NCBI GenBank assembly: GCA_022822575.1
Contig: JAJEBJ010000455.1
Span: 1-44,674 of the forward strand
Direction: 5' to 3'
DNA length: 44,674 nt
From: Alphaproteobacteria bacterium
GTDB lineage: Bacteria > Pseudomonadota > Alphaproteobacteria > SP197
Numbering within the stretch: position 1 is the first letter of the stretch; each line of letters begins with the position of its first letter. Below the pieces are notes generated by a model, which was given only the letters and a program-made list of their open reading frames with translations, was not told where the DNA came from and did not search any database. The position numbers and the translations under genes were made by a program. This document shows, piece after piece, positions 21,248-29,924 of this stretch.

Positions 21248-22300
21248 ATGAACAAGTTCTTGCACACACTCGGCATGGCCTCCGCCGTTGCCATTGTTGG
21301 CGTTTCCGGCGCGTTGATGACGCAACCAGCTTCGGCAGAAGGCCAGCTCAACGTCTACAACTGGGGCGAATACATCAACCCGGAGGTGCTGACCCGGTTC
21401 ACCGAGGAAACCGGAATCGAGGTGACCCTCGACACGTACGGCACCAACGAGGAAATGCTGGCGAAGATCCAGGCAGGCGCGACGGGTTACGACATCGTGT
21501 TTCCGTCCGTTCACATGCGCGACATCATGCAGAAACTCGGGTTGCTGTACGACGCGAAAGTGAACACGCTCAAGGGCTTCGAGAACATTGATCCGATTGC
21601 CAAGCGGTCCCTCGTGGACCCCGAGAGTTCGTACTGTCTGCCCTATGCTTGGGGTGCAGTCGGCATCTTCTACAACAAGGAAGAAGCGGGCGAGATTACC
21701 TCCTGGGAGGATTTCTTCGCACTGCCCGACAATGGCAAGAAGATTACCATGCTCGATGACCTGCGCGAGACCATCGGCGTTGCTCTCATCATGAACGGCC
21801 ACTCCGTGAACACCGGGGATTCGGACGCTCTCAAGCAGGCCGAGGCATGGCTGCTGGAACGCAAGGACAAGATCTCGGCGTTCACCTATGACGTCGGTGC
21901 TCTGGTGCAGGCTGGCGACATCGCCGCGGCACACTGGTACGTCGGCGCGACATTCCTCGTGCTGCAGGAACCCGACCGGCTCGGATTCGTGATTCCGGAG
22001 GAAGGCGCGACAATGTATCAGGAGGACATCTGCGTCCTCGAGTCTGCACCGAACAAGGAGAGCGCAATCCGGTTCTTCGAGTTCTACATGCAGCCAGAGA
22101 TTGCCGCCCTCAACACGCTTCAGCAGGTGAACGGAACCGCCAATGTGCCGGCGCGTGATCTTCTGCCCGATGAACTCAAGAACAATCCGAACACCAATCC
22201 TCCACCGGAAGTGATGGCGAAACTGCAGATCTTCGAAGATCTCGGCGACGACCTGCGCAAGTACAATCGCGTCTGGACCAAGGTACGCACTGCTCAATAG
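21248..22300 (+). CDS. spermidine/putrescine ABC transporter substrate-binding protein (PotD/PotF family)
   Basis: The start is at MNKFLHTLGMASAVAIVGVSGALMTQPASA (signal peptide), preceded by GGAGGGAAG. LNVYNWGEYI is the classic PotD/PotF N-terminus. Confidence 0.85.
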   Translation: MNKFLHTLGMASAVAIVGVSGALMTQPASAEGQLNVYNWGEYINPEVLTRFTEETGIEVTLDTYGTNEEMLAKIQAGATGYDIVFPSVHMRDIMQKLGLLYDAKVNTLKGFENIDPIAKRSLVDPESSYCLPYAWGAVGIFYNKEEAGEITSWEDFFALPDNGKKITMLDDLRETIGVALIMNGHSVNTGDSDALKQAEAWLLERKDKISAFTYDVGALVQAGDIAAAHWYVGATFLVLQEPDRLGFVIPEEGATMYQEDICVLESAPNKESAIRFFEFYMQPEIAALNTLQQVNGTANVPARDLLPDELKNNPNTNPPPEVMAKLQIFEDLGDDLRKYNRVWTKVRTAQ

Positions 22301-22323
22301 CAGTCCGTTCAAACCGACCCACG

Positions 22324-23487
22324 GTGGAAAGAGGTTCTGGTCAGTTATCCGGAGTGCCCGGCGCCGGGCCGCCCGTTTCAGGCGGTCCGGTTGCCGAGGT
22401 GGTGCATGCGGTCAAGCAGTTCACTGCGCCTGAAGGCGGCACGGTAACGGCCCTCGACGAGGTGTCGCTGGCCGTTCACGCTGGCGAGTTTGTGACCCTG
22501 CTTGGCCCCTCGGGCTGCGGCAAGACCACGCTATTGCGCTGTATCAGCGGCTTCGAAGACCTCGATTCCGGCGAGGTGCGCATCGACGGGACATCGATGA
22601 CCGGTGTGCCGGCGCAACACCGGCCCGTCAACACCGTATTCCAGACCTACGCGTTGTTTCCGCACCTGCGCGTCGAAGCCAATGTCGCCTACGGCCTGGA
22701 GGTTACGGGCGTACCGCGCCGCGAGCGTGCGGAGCGCGTGGCCCGCGCCCTGGAGCAGGTCGGTCTCCAGGGCCTTGAACGCCGCAAGCCGGACCAGCTG
22801 TCGGGCGGACAGCGCCAGCGCGTCGCTCTTGCGCGCGCCATCATCAACCGGCCCAAGCTTCTGCTGCTGGACGAACCCCTGTCCGCACTCGACCGCAACC
22901 TGCGGCATTCCATGCAGCTCGAACTCAAGATCCTGCAGCATGGGCTCGGGATATGTTTCCTTTTCGTCACCCATGACCAGGAAGAGGCGCTGACGATGTC
23001 GGACCGCATCGTCGTCCTGAATCACGGCAGGATCGAGCAGATCGGGACGCCGGAGCAACTCTACCATACACCGGCGACACGCTTCGTCGCCGAGTTCATC
23101 GGCGACGGCGCCCTCTTCACTGGGAGTGTCGACGTCGGACCGGAACCGGTACTCGTGACCGGCGATGGCCTGCGGCTTCCGATTCGTGACGACGTGCCGG
23201 CGGGACGGAGATTGACGATGCTGCTGCGGCCCGAGCAGCTCGACGGTGCGCCCGTTTCGGACGATCCCGCGTTCGGCGTCCTGGAGGCGTCCCTTGAACA
23301 GTCTGTCTTCTACGGCGCGACGCGGCAGCTGGTGTGCCGCCTCGCCAATGGCGCCTCCATCACCGTCACCCCAGGTTCCGGCGCCGACGGGGACAGGCTC
23401 TACCGGGCCGAGCCTGGCGATGCGCTCAGGCTCGCCTACCGGCGCGCGGACCCACATCTGATCCAGGAAGCCAGCGATGGCGGTTAG
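22324..23487 (+). CDS. potA: spermidine/putrescine ABC transporter ATP-binding protein (PotA/PotG family)
   Basis: It has Walker A GPSGCGKTT, the signature LSGGQRQRVALARA, Walker B LLLLDEPLSALD and a C-terminal TOBE-like domain. The start is a GTG and could lie further downstream. Confidence 0.85.
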   Translation: MERGSGQLSGVPGAGPPVSGGPVAEVVHAVKQFTAPEGGTVTALDEVSLAVHAGEFVTLLGPSGCGKTTLLRCISGFEDLDSGEVRIDGTSMTGVPAQHRPVNTVFQTYALFPHLRVEANVAYGLEVTGVPRRERAERVARALEQVGLQGLERRKPDQLSGGQRQRVALARAIINRPKLLLLDEPLSALDRNLRHSMQLELKILQHGLGICFLFVTHDQEEALTMSDRIVVLNHGRIEQIGTPEQLYHTPATRFVAEFIGDGALFTGSVDVGPEPVLVTGDGLRLPIRDDVPAGRRLTMLLRPEQLDGAPVSDDPAFGVLEASLEQSVFYGATRQLVCRLANGASITVTPGSGADGDRLYRAEPGDALRLAYRRADPHLIQEASDGG

Positions 23488-24361
23488 GAGGGACCGGACC
23501 CGGCTCGCCTTCCTGCTCGGGCCGGTCAGCCTGTTCCTTGGAACATGTTTTATCGGCCCGCTCGCGGTCATGGTCATTTTCAGTTTTCTGGAGCCCGGGC
23601 TCTATGGCGGCGTCGAGTGGAACTTCTATCACTGGAATTTCGGGCGCATTCTCGGCTGGGCGGACGGCGAATGGGAGGACTTCGACTGGGTTTATGCCGA
23701 GATATTCGTGCGCTCGGCCCGGCTCGCCTTCATCAACGTCCTGATCACCCTTGCGGTCTGTTACCCCGCAGCGCTCTGGGTGCGCGGGCTTCCACCGCGC
23801 TTGCGCTTGCTCGTCGTGTTCCTGATTACGCTGCCCTTCTTCGTCAGTTTGGTGGTGCGCCTGTTCGCCTGGGTTCTGATCCTGCGGCCCACGGGGTTCC
23901 TGAATTACGTCCTGGTCGGCCTTGGCGTGATCGAGGAACCGCTTGACATCATCTTCACGGAAACGGCCGTGCTGATCGGCATGGCTTACATCCTGTTGCC
24001 GTTCATGTTCCTGCCGGTCTATGCGTCCGTAGAGAAGCTCGATCGTTCGCTGGTCGAGGTGTCGTCGGACCTCGGCGCAAGTTCGTTTCAGACCTTCTGC
24101 AGAGTGACAATACCGCTGACGCTGCCCGGCATCGCCGGCGGCTGCGTTCTGGTGTTCATCCCCAGCCTCGGCAATTTCATCGTCCCTGACCTCTTGGGCG
24201 GCGCCAAGGTCCTGATGATCGGCAACCTGATCGAGCAGCAGTTTCTTTCCGCTCGCAACTGGCCTTTTGGCGCCGCCCTGTCGGTCATGATGATGGCCGT
24301 CATGTTTCTGCTCATTCTGGTCTATCTGCGGCGCATCGGACGGATGCAGACGAGGCCATGA
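23477..24361 (+). CDS. potB: polyamine ABC transporter permease (PotB/PotH-like)
   Basis: It is multi-pass hydrophobic with an EAA loop (EVSSDLGASSFQTFCRVTIPLTLPG). It overlaps the ATPase stop. Confidence 0.85.
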   Translation: MAVRRDRTRLAFLLGPVSLFLGTCFIGPLAVMVIFSFLEPGLYGGVEWNFYHWNFGRILGWADGEWEDFDWVYAEIFVRSARLAFINVLITLAVCYPAALWVRGLPPRLRLLVVFLITLPFFVSLVVRLFAWVLILRPTGFLNYVLVGLGVIEEPLDIIFTETAVLIGMAYILLPFMFLPVYASVEKLDRSLVEVSSDLGASSFQTFCRVTIPLTLPGIAGGCVLVFIPSLGNFIVPDLLGGAKVLMIGNLIEQQFLSARNWPFGAALSVMMMAVMFLLILVYLRRIGRMQTRP

Positions 24362-25179
24362 AACTGCGTTTCAAGCAGCGTCTATTCGGCACCTATGGAG
24401 TGCTGTTCCTGGTGTTCATCTACGCGCCGATCATCATGATCGTGGCGTTCTCGTTCAATTCCAACCCGATCAACATGATGGTCTGGTCGGGGTTCACCTT
24501 CGACTGGTACTGGACGATCTTTGGCTATCCGACACAACTGAACGAGGAGACGCTCTACGTCGAATCCACCGATCAGTTGCTTGCCGCCGTCAGGAACAGC
24601 CTGATCGTTGCCGCCTTCACCACGACCATTGCGACGGTGCTGGGCACCATGACGGCGCTCGCGCTCTACCGCTACCGTTTCCGCGCACAGCGTTTCTACC
24701 AGGGCCTGCTCTACATGCCCATGGTGATGCCCGACATCGTGCTTGGCATCGCGCTGCTTGTGTTCTTCGTCGCGATCGGCATGTCGCTCGGGCTGTATTC
24801 GATCATCATCGGTCACTGCACGTTCCTGATCTCCTATGTCTTCGTCGTGGTCAGTGCCCGGCTCGCCGGCATGGACAACACGCTGGAGGAAGCCAGTGCA
24901 GACCTTGGTGCCAGCGAATGGGTGACGTTCCGCCGCGTCACGCTGCCGCACATCGCGCCCGGCGTCGTCGGCGGTGCGTTGCTCGCGTTCATCATCTCCA
25001 TGGACGACCTCGTGATCACCTACTTCATCGCCGGGCCCGATTCGACCACGCTGCCGCTTTTCATCTACGGTATGTTGCGGCGTGGCGTGAAACCCGAGAT
25101 CAACGCTATCGCCACGCTGATGCTGTCGTTCACCTTCATCATCGCTTCGCTCGGCCTCTATCTGCGCCGGCGAAGCTGA
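24358..25179 (+). CDS. potC: polyamine ABC transporter permease (PotC/PotI-like)
   Basis: It has an EAA loop (EASADLGASEWVTFRRVTLPHIAPG) and an ATGA overlap with potB. Confidence 0.85.
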   Translation: MKLRFKQRLFGTYGVLFLVFIYAPIIMIVAFSFNSNPINMMVWSGFTFDWYWTIFGYPTQLNEETLYVESTDQLLAAVRNSLIVAAFTTTIATVLGTMTALALYRYRFRAQRFYQGLLYMPMVMPDIVLGIALLVFFVAIGMSLGLYSIIIGHCTFLISYVFVVVSARLAGMDNTLEEASADLGASEWVTFRRVTLPHIAPGVVGGALLAFIISMDDLVITYFIAGPDSTTLPLFIYGMLRRGVKPEINAIATLMLSFTFIIASLGLYLRRRS

Positions 25180-25192
25180 CGGGACCCCGGAC

Positions 25193-26278
25193 ATGCCCAA
25201 GCTGCGCGGGCGCGACCTCGGCCTGCCCTTTCCCGGAGAGACCGGCCCCCGCAACGCGATTACGGACGTGCCCGGAGTGGAGGTCGGGTTCACCACGAGG
25301 ATCGAGGGCGAGGGGCCGCTGGTCGTGGGCAAGGGACCGGTCCGGACCGGTGTCACCGCCATCCTGCCCCTCGGCCGGCATTCCACACCCGAGCCGGTCT
25401 GGGCCGGCATGTATGCCCTGAACGGCAACGGCGAGATGACCGGGACCCACTGGATCCGCGATGGCGGTTACCTGGTCGGGCCGGTCTGCATTACCAATAC
25501 CCACAGCGTGGGGATCGTCCACCATGCGGCGACGAGGTGGATGATCCGGACCTATGCCGATACCTGGCACAGCGAACACCTGTGGGCGATGCCGGTGGTC
25601 GCCGAGACCTACGACGGCGTTCTGAACGACATCAACGGCCAGCACGTCACCGAGGCAGACGCGCTCGCGGCGCTCGACAGCACCACCTCCGATGCCGTGC
25701 CTGAAGGCAATGTTGGCGGTGGCACCGGCATGATCTGCTATGAGTTCAAGGGCGGCACCGGCACTGCCTCACGCCGGTTGGCTCTTGAGGGTTCGGTGTT
25801 TCACGTCGGCGTCCTTGTACAGGCCAATCACGGAATTCGGCCCTGGTTCACGGTCCTCGGTCGCCGGCTAGGCCCATGCATGATGGAGGAGCGCCTGTTC
25901 GAAGCCGAGCAGGGCTCGATCATCGCGATTATCGGCACCGACCTCCCCCTGGCGCCACACCAACTCACGCGACTGGCAAAGCGTGCGGCGATCGGCATCG
26001 GGCGCGGCGGGACACCCGGCGGCAACAACTCGGGTGACATCTTCCTGGCATTCAGCACCGCAAATCGCGGTCCACTGCCTCAGCTTGCCGCGCTACGGCG
26101 CGACTTCGTTATGATCAACGACGAGGCCTTCGATCCGATTTACCTCGCCGCCGTCGAGGGTATCGAGGAAGCTGTGATCAACGCCATGCTCGCGGCCGAT
26201 GATTTGACCACGGTGCGCCCGTCCGGCCACGTCTGCCGTGCCGTCGACGGACAAAGGCTGATGGAGCTGCTGACCTGA
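25193..26278 (+). CDS. DmpA/BapA-type aminopeptidase, peptidase family S58 (P1), Ntn-hydrolase
   Basis: GPRNAITDVPGVEVGFTT at the N-terminus and GGNNSGDIFLAFSTAN (the self-processing site region) are characteristic of this family. Confidence 0.8.
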   Translation: MPKLRGRDLGLPFPGETGPRNAITDVPGVEVGFTTRIEGEGPLVVGKGPVRTGVTAILPLGRHSTPEPVWAGMYALNGNGEMTGTHWIRDGGYLVGPVCITNTHSVGIVHHAATRWMIRTYADTWHSEHLWAMPVVAETYDGVLNDINGQHVTEADALAALDSTTSDAVPEGNVGGGTGMICYEFKGGTGTASRRLALEGSVFHVGVLVQANHGIRPWFTVLGRRLGPCMMEERLFEAEQGSIIAIIGTDLPLAPHQLTRLAKRAAIGIGRGGTPGGNNSGDIFLAFSTANRGPLPQLAALRRDFVMINDEAFDPIYLAAVEGIEEAVINAMLAADDLTTVRPSGHVCRAVDGQRLMELLT

Positions 26279-26303
26279 CCCCTCTTGCATGACCGGGTCG
26301 CCA

Positions 26304-27278
26304 TCACTTGGGTAGCGTAGGATAGTCCTGGTTCCGGTCCAGCATGTCCCGGATCTCGTCCATCTGGCGTTGCATGGTATCCATGCGCTGCAGCAGAACC
26401 GAGACTCCGGCCTCGCTGACGGCATGGAGATCTTCCCTGAGCTCCACGGATTCGGCGTGGCCCTGTTCGGTCATGGCGTTGACGATCACGGCAATGAACA
26501 AGTTGATGACGGCGAAGCTGGTCATCAGGATGAAGGGCACGAACACCATCCAGGCGTCCGGGTACTGCTCCATCACCGGGCGAACGATGCCCATGGACCA
26601 GCTTTCCAGGGTCATGATCTGGAACAGCGAAAAGAGGCTGTCGCCAATGGTGCCGAACCAGTCCGGGAACGTCTCGCCATAGAGCTTGGTCACCATCACG
26701 GCGAAGACGTAGTAGACCAGCGCCAGCAGGGCGAGCACGCTCGAAACGCCGGGGATCGCCGCCATCAGGGCCATGACCACCCTGCGCATCGAAGGCACGA
26801 TGGCGACAAGCCTCAGCACGCGCAGGATGCGCAGGGAACGCAGCACAGAGAGGTTTCCGCTCGCCGGCGCCAGGGCGATCCCGACGACAACGAAGTCGAA
26901 GACGTTCCAGCCGTTCGTGAAGTAGCGCCAGCCGAAGGCGAACAGCTTGGCGATGATCTCGATCACGAAGATGGCCAGCACGGCGTCGTCGAGGAACCGC
27001 AGCAGCGTCCCGGCGTGATCCATCACGCCGGACGACGTTTCCAGGCCGAGCGTGATGGCGTTGAAGACGATGACGGCGGTGATCGCGCGGGTGACACGTG
27101 GGCTCTCCATGAAGACGCCGACCCGGCGGCGCACCCGATTGAGCGGCGAATTCGGCGTCGGCAGTGCGGTCACGGCGTGTCCTCCGGCAGGGGGTTGAGA
27201 TCGACAGGCGAGATTGCGGTGAGGGTTCCCGTTTAGCGAACTGGCCCGCCAGGAGGAACCCTTCGATGAAGTCCGCAA
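26304..27278 (-). CDS. voltage-gated sodium channel, bacterial single-domain type (BacNav / NaChBac family)
   Basis: The S4 segment has Arg at every third position (LRSLRILRVLRLV). The pore filter is FQIMTLESWSMG, and a C-terminal coiled-coil-like tail follows. The N-terminal boundary is uncertain, and homology appears to begin around PLNRVRRRV. Confidence 0.85.
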   Translation of the reverse strand: MRTSSKGSSWRASSLNGNPHRNLACRSQPPAGGHAVTALPTPNSPLNRVRRRVGVFMESPRVTRAITAVIVFNAITLGLETSSGVMDHAGTLLRFLDDAVLAIFVIEIIAKLFAFGWRYFTNGWNVFDFVVVGIALAPASGNLSVLRSLRILRVLRLVAIVPSMRRVVMALMAAIPGVSSVLALLALVYYVFAVMVTKLYGETFPDWFGTIGDSLFSLFQIMTLESWSMGIVRPVMEQYPDAWMVFVPFILMTSFAVINLFIAVIVNAMTEQGHAESVELREDLHAVSEAGVSVLLQRMDTMQRQMDEIRDMLDRNQDYPTLPK

Positions 27279-27443
27279 GGAATGCGGGCATGTCCATGAT
27301 CGGGACGGTGGCGCTGTCGGGCAACGCCCTGATCAGACCTCCCTGGACCCCTGCACCGCGTAGCGCGACATGGCTGTCCGGGCGGTTCCGCCATCGGATA
27401 CGGCAGGGATGTCAGCGGTCGTCCACAATCCGGTCCATGGTCA

Positions 27444-28967
27444 TCATGACGCGCATCCACGCGGTTCCTCGCCAAGACAGTCGCGGAATGCGCCGTCGGC
27501 GATGGCGGCGGCGACGGCGGCAACCTCGCCGGTCATGCTGCGGTCGTCGTCGAGGGGCGGAACGATGAGACGCAGTGCGTCGCGCAGACATCCCGCGACA
27601 CGGGCGTGGCGCGGCGGATTGCGCAGATCGAAGGCCTGGGAGGCAACGATGAGTTCGGCGGCGGCAATGCCGGTAAGGTGGCTGACCGCATCCCGTGCCT
27701 GGCGGACTGCCACCCAGGTCATTGGTGCGTGGTCCTCGACATGGTAGGTCGAGCTGTCCAGCAGGCTGGCCGGTGCGCCGAGCAGGTGGATCTCCTTCGA
27801 CAGGGTCTCCGACGTGAGCGACAGGAGGCCGAGACCGGCCCTGGTGGTACCGTGGCGCGTCAGCATGTCGGGCAGTCCGGTGAACTGGTTCTGCATCAGG
27901 CGGCCGACGCGCTGTGCCGCCATCGTCGCAGTCTGGGCCATGGCAAGAGTGAGGGCATCGAAGGCGACCGCCATGGCCGGCGTGTGGAAATTGCCGGTGG
28001 ACAGGATGTCGCCGTCCGCCGCCAACACCAGGGGGTTGTCTCCGGCGCCGTTGATCTCGACAGTGACATTGGGCGTCGCGAAATCGATCGCTGCCCTCAG
28101 ACTGCCGTGAACATGGCTGACGCAGCGCAGGCTGATCGGATCCTGGACACGGCGCGGTTCCGCAGGATCGAAGAGCGCCGTTCCCTCGAGCTTGTGGCGC
28201 AGACTCAGGGCCGCCCGGGCCTGGCCGGGTGCGCCACGGGCCATCACCACGCGGGGGTCGATAGGCCCGGGATTGGCGCGGAAGGCCTCGAAACCGAGAA
28301 CGACAATGCCGTCCATCAGCTCCAGGAGATGATCCAGATCGGCAATCACCAGGGCCGCCTGGCCAACGGAAACGGCATTCGAGGAGCAGAGAGCCAGACC
28401 CTCCTTCTCGCGCAGCTCGACCACGTCGATGCCTGCGCGCGCCATGGCTTCCGCGCCGTCAAGGAGTGTTCCCCGGAACCAGGCGCGCCCTTCGCCGATG
28501 ACGGGAAGCGCCATGTTGGCGCACAGCGCCAGGTCCGAGGCGCCGATGGAGCCGATTCCGGGAACAAAAGGGTGAACGCCCTTTTCAAGCATCGCGCCCA
28601 GTGTTTCAGCGATGAGCGGGCGTACCCCGGCCCCTCCCTGTGCCATGCCGGCGGCCCGTGAGAACATGGCGGCCCGCACGGCCTCCCCGGGGAGGGGCTC
28701 GCCGGCGCCGCAGGCCCGGGCGAGAACCACGATCCGGCTGTAGTCCCCGCGGTCCGCTTGGTCCACTTCGTTCACCACGCGCCCGCCAAGGCCTCGGGTC
28801 AGGCCGTAGACAGGTCGGTCGGAAGCGCTGAACCGCTCGACCACGGCACGGCTCTCTTCCATGCGGGATCGCGCCTCGCCGGCGATTGCGACCGTTGCGC
28901 CGCCACGGGCCACAGCCACCACGTCATTGATTCCAAGCGGAGTGTCTCCCAGCAGGATCGTCGTCAT
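27444..28967 (-). CDS. histidine/aromatic amino-acid ammonia-lyase family protein with a disrupted MIO triad
   Basis: It has full-length HAL/PAL architecture (507 aa; VYGLTRGLG, SSNAVS, QDPISLRC). Where the canonical enzymes read GASGDLAPL, it reads GSIGASDLALCANM. Confidence 0.8.
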   Translation of the reverse strand: MTTILLGDTPLGINDVVAVARGGATVAIAGEARSRMEESRAVVERFSASDRPVYGLTRGLGGRVVNEVDQADRGDYSRIVVLARACGAGEPLPGEAVRAAMFSRAAGMAQGGAGVRPLIAETLGAMLEKGVHPFVPGIGSIGASDLALCANMALPVIGEGRAWFRGTLLDGAEAMARAGIDVVELREKEGLALCSSNAVSVGQAALVIADLDHLLELMDGIVVLGFEAFRANPGPIDPRVVMARGAPGQARAALSLRHKLEGTALFDPAEPRRVQDPISLRCVSHVHGSLRAAIDFATPNVTVEINGAGDNPLVLAADGDILSTGNFHTPAMAVAFDALTLAMAQTATMAAQRVGRLMQNQFTGLPDMLTRHGTTRAGLGLLSLTSETLSKEIHLLGAPASLLDSSTYHVEDHAPMTWVAVRQARDAVSHLTGIAAAELIVASQAFDLRNPPRHARVAGCLRDALRLIVPPLDDDRSMTGEVAAVAAAIADGAFRDCLGEEPRGCAS

Positions 28968-29791
28968 CGTCCGTTCTCCCGATCGTCATGGGGCATGTGC
29001 CCGGCAGCAAGGCTTCCAGCGATATCGTCGATTGCCCGAGGAAGATCGACGACGGTGTCGATGACATGATGGGCGCCGGCCTCGTGGAGAGGTGCTGCGG
29101 CCCTGGTCCTCAGCCGACCGATTTCTGACGCGTCGAGGCGTGCCAGGTCGTTCTCGTCAAGCCCGACACCGTTCCCCGACAGCGTGACACCGACGGCCCA
29201 GCTGCCGGCGGCGACAGCCTCCGCGATGCCGGGTGCGGTGTCGTCCACCTTGACGACGGCACTCGCCGGCCAGACGGCAAGATCGATAAAGCAGCGGTAC
29301 ATCATGAGTGGCGTGGGTCTGCCGGCGGCAAGGTCGTCCGAGCACACCGTCACCTCCGGCGCAAATCCTTGCGTTTCGGCCAGGCGGGCAAGGGGCGTCA
29401 GGACGGAGCGGGGATACCCGGTGGTCGAGCCGATCCTGACACCGCGCCGGCGCAGGTCGCCAACAACGTCGGCAGTGCCCGGAATCAGGGCGGAACGACG
29501 GAGAGCTGTGTCCTTGATGCGTTTTTCCAGGATCCCGTGAAGACGGTCGATGTCGCCAGCCATGATGTCCTGGCCATGAACGTGGCGCCATGCAGCGGCG
29601 ATGCGGGGCAGACGTGCCAGAACCTCGATGTGGTGGCGTTTGCCGAGGCCCATGGGCCCCCTCGCCTCGTCATCACGAATCATGACGCCACGATCGGCGA
29701 AGATCTCGATGAAGGCCTCGACCGGTGCCCTGGAACCGAAATCGACCACCGTGCCGGACCAGTCGAAGATGACTGCCTTGATCCCGCCCAT
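28964..29791 (-). CDS. phnX: phosphonoacetaldehyde hydrolase (phosphonatase), HAD superfamily
   Basis: AVIFDWSGTVVDFGSRAPVEAFIEIF (DxxGT nucleophile motif), PMGLGKRHH (the Schiff-base Lys region), IGSTTGY and VKVDDTAPGI match PhnX throughout as I recall it. Confidence 0.85.
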   Translation of the reverse strand: MGGIKAVIFDWSGTVVDFGSRAPVEAFIEIFADRGVMIRDDEARGPMGLGKRHHIEVLARLPRIAAAWRHVHGQDIMAGDIDRLHGILEKRIKDTALRRSALIPGTADVVGDLRRRGVRIGSTTGYPRSVLTPLARLAETQGFAPEVTVCSDDLAAGRPTPLMMYRCFIDLAVWPASAVVKVDDTAPGIAEAVAAGSWAVGVTLSGNGVGLDENDLARLDASEIGRLRTRAAAPLHEAGAHHVIDTVVDLPRAIDDIAGSLAAGHMPHDDRENGR

Positions 29792-29924
29792 GTCCTCCGG
29801 CCTTCGTGCCCCGGGTCAACGTAGCCGGGACCCTGGTTCTCTCCAAGCCCCGGCATGCCGATGGCGCCTTGCACGGGACGCTCGGGCCGCCTTAGGCTGG
29901 CGGGGGTCGGGGAGAACAGGTTCC

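Noticed and set aside
20978-22312. 444-aa minus-strand ORF opposite the pot SBP gene, and similar ORFs at 22531-23577, 24382-25428, 26140-27324, 27606-28661, 37494-38924, 19015-20289, 10223-11485 and 8210-9298
   Set aside because: All are antisense to genes with strong family signatures, and none has a motif I recognise. Long spurious ORFs are expected at this GC content.
29601-29924. 108-codon N-terminal extension of the isochorismatase-family ORF
   Set aside because: It lies antisense inside phnX and in the promoter region. Family similarity starts only after the ATG at 29925, which has a GGGGAG ribosome-binding site.
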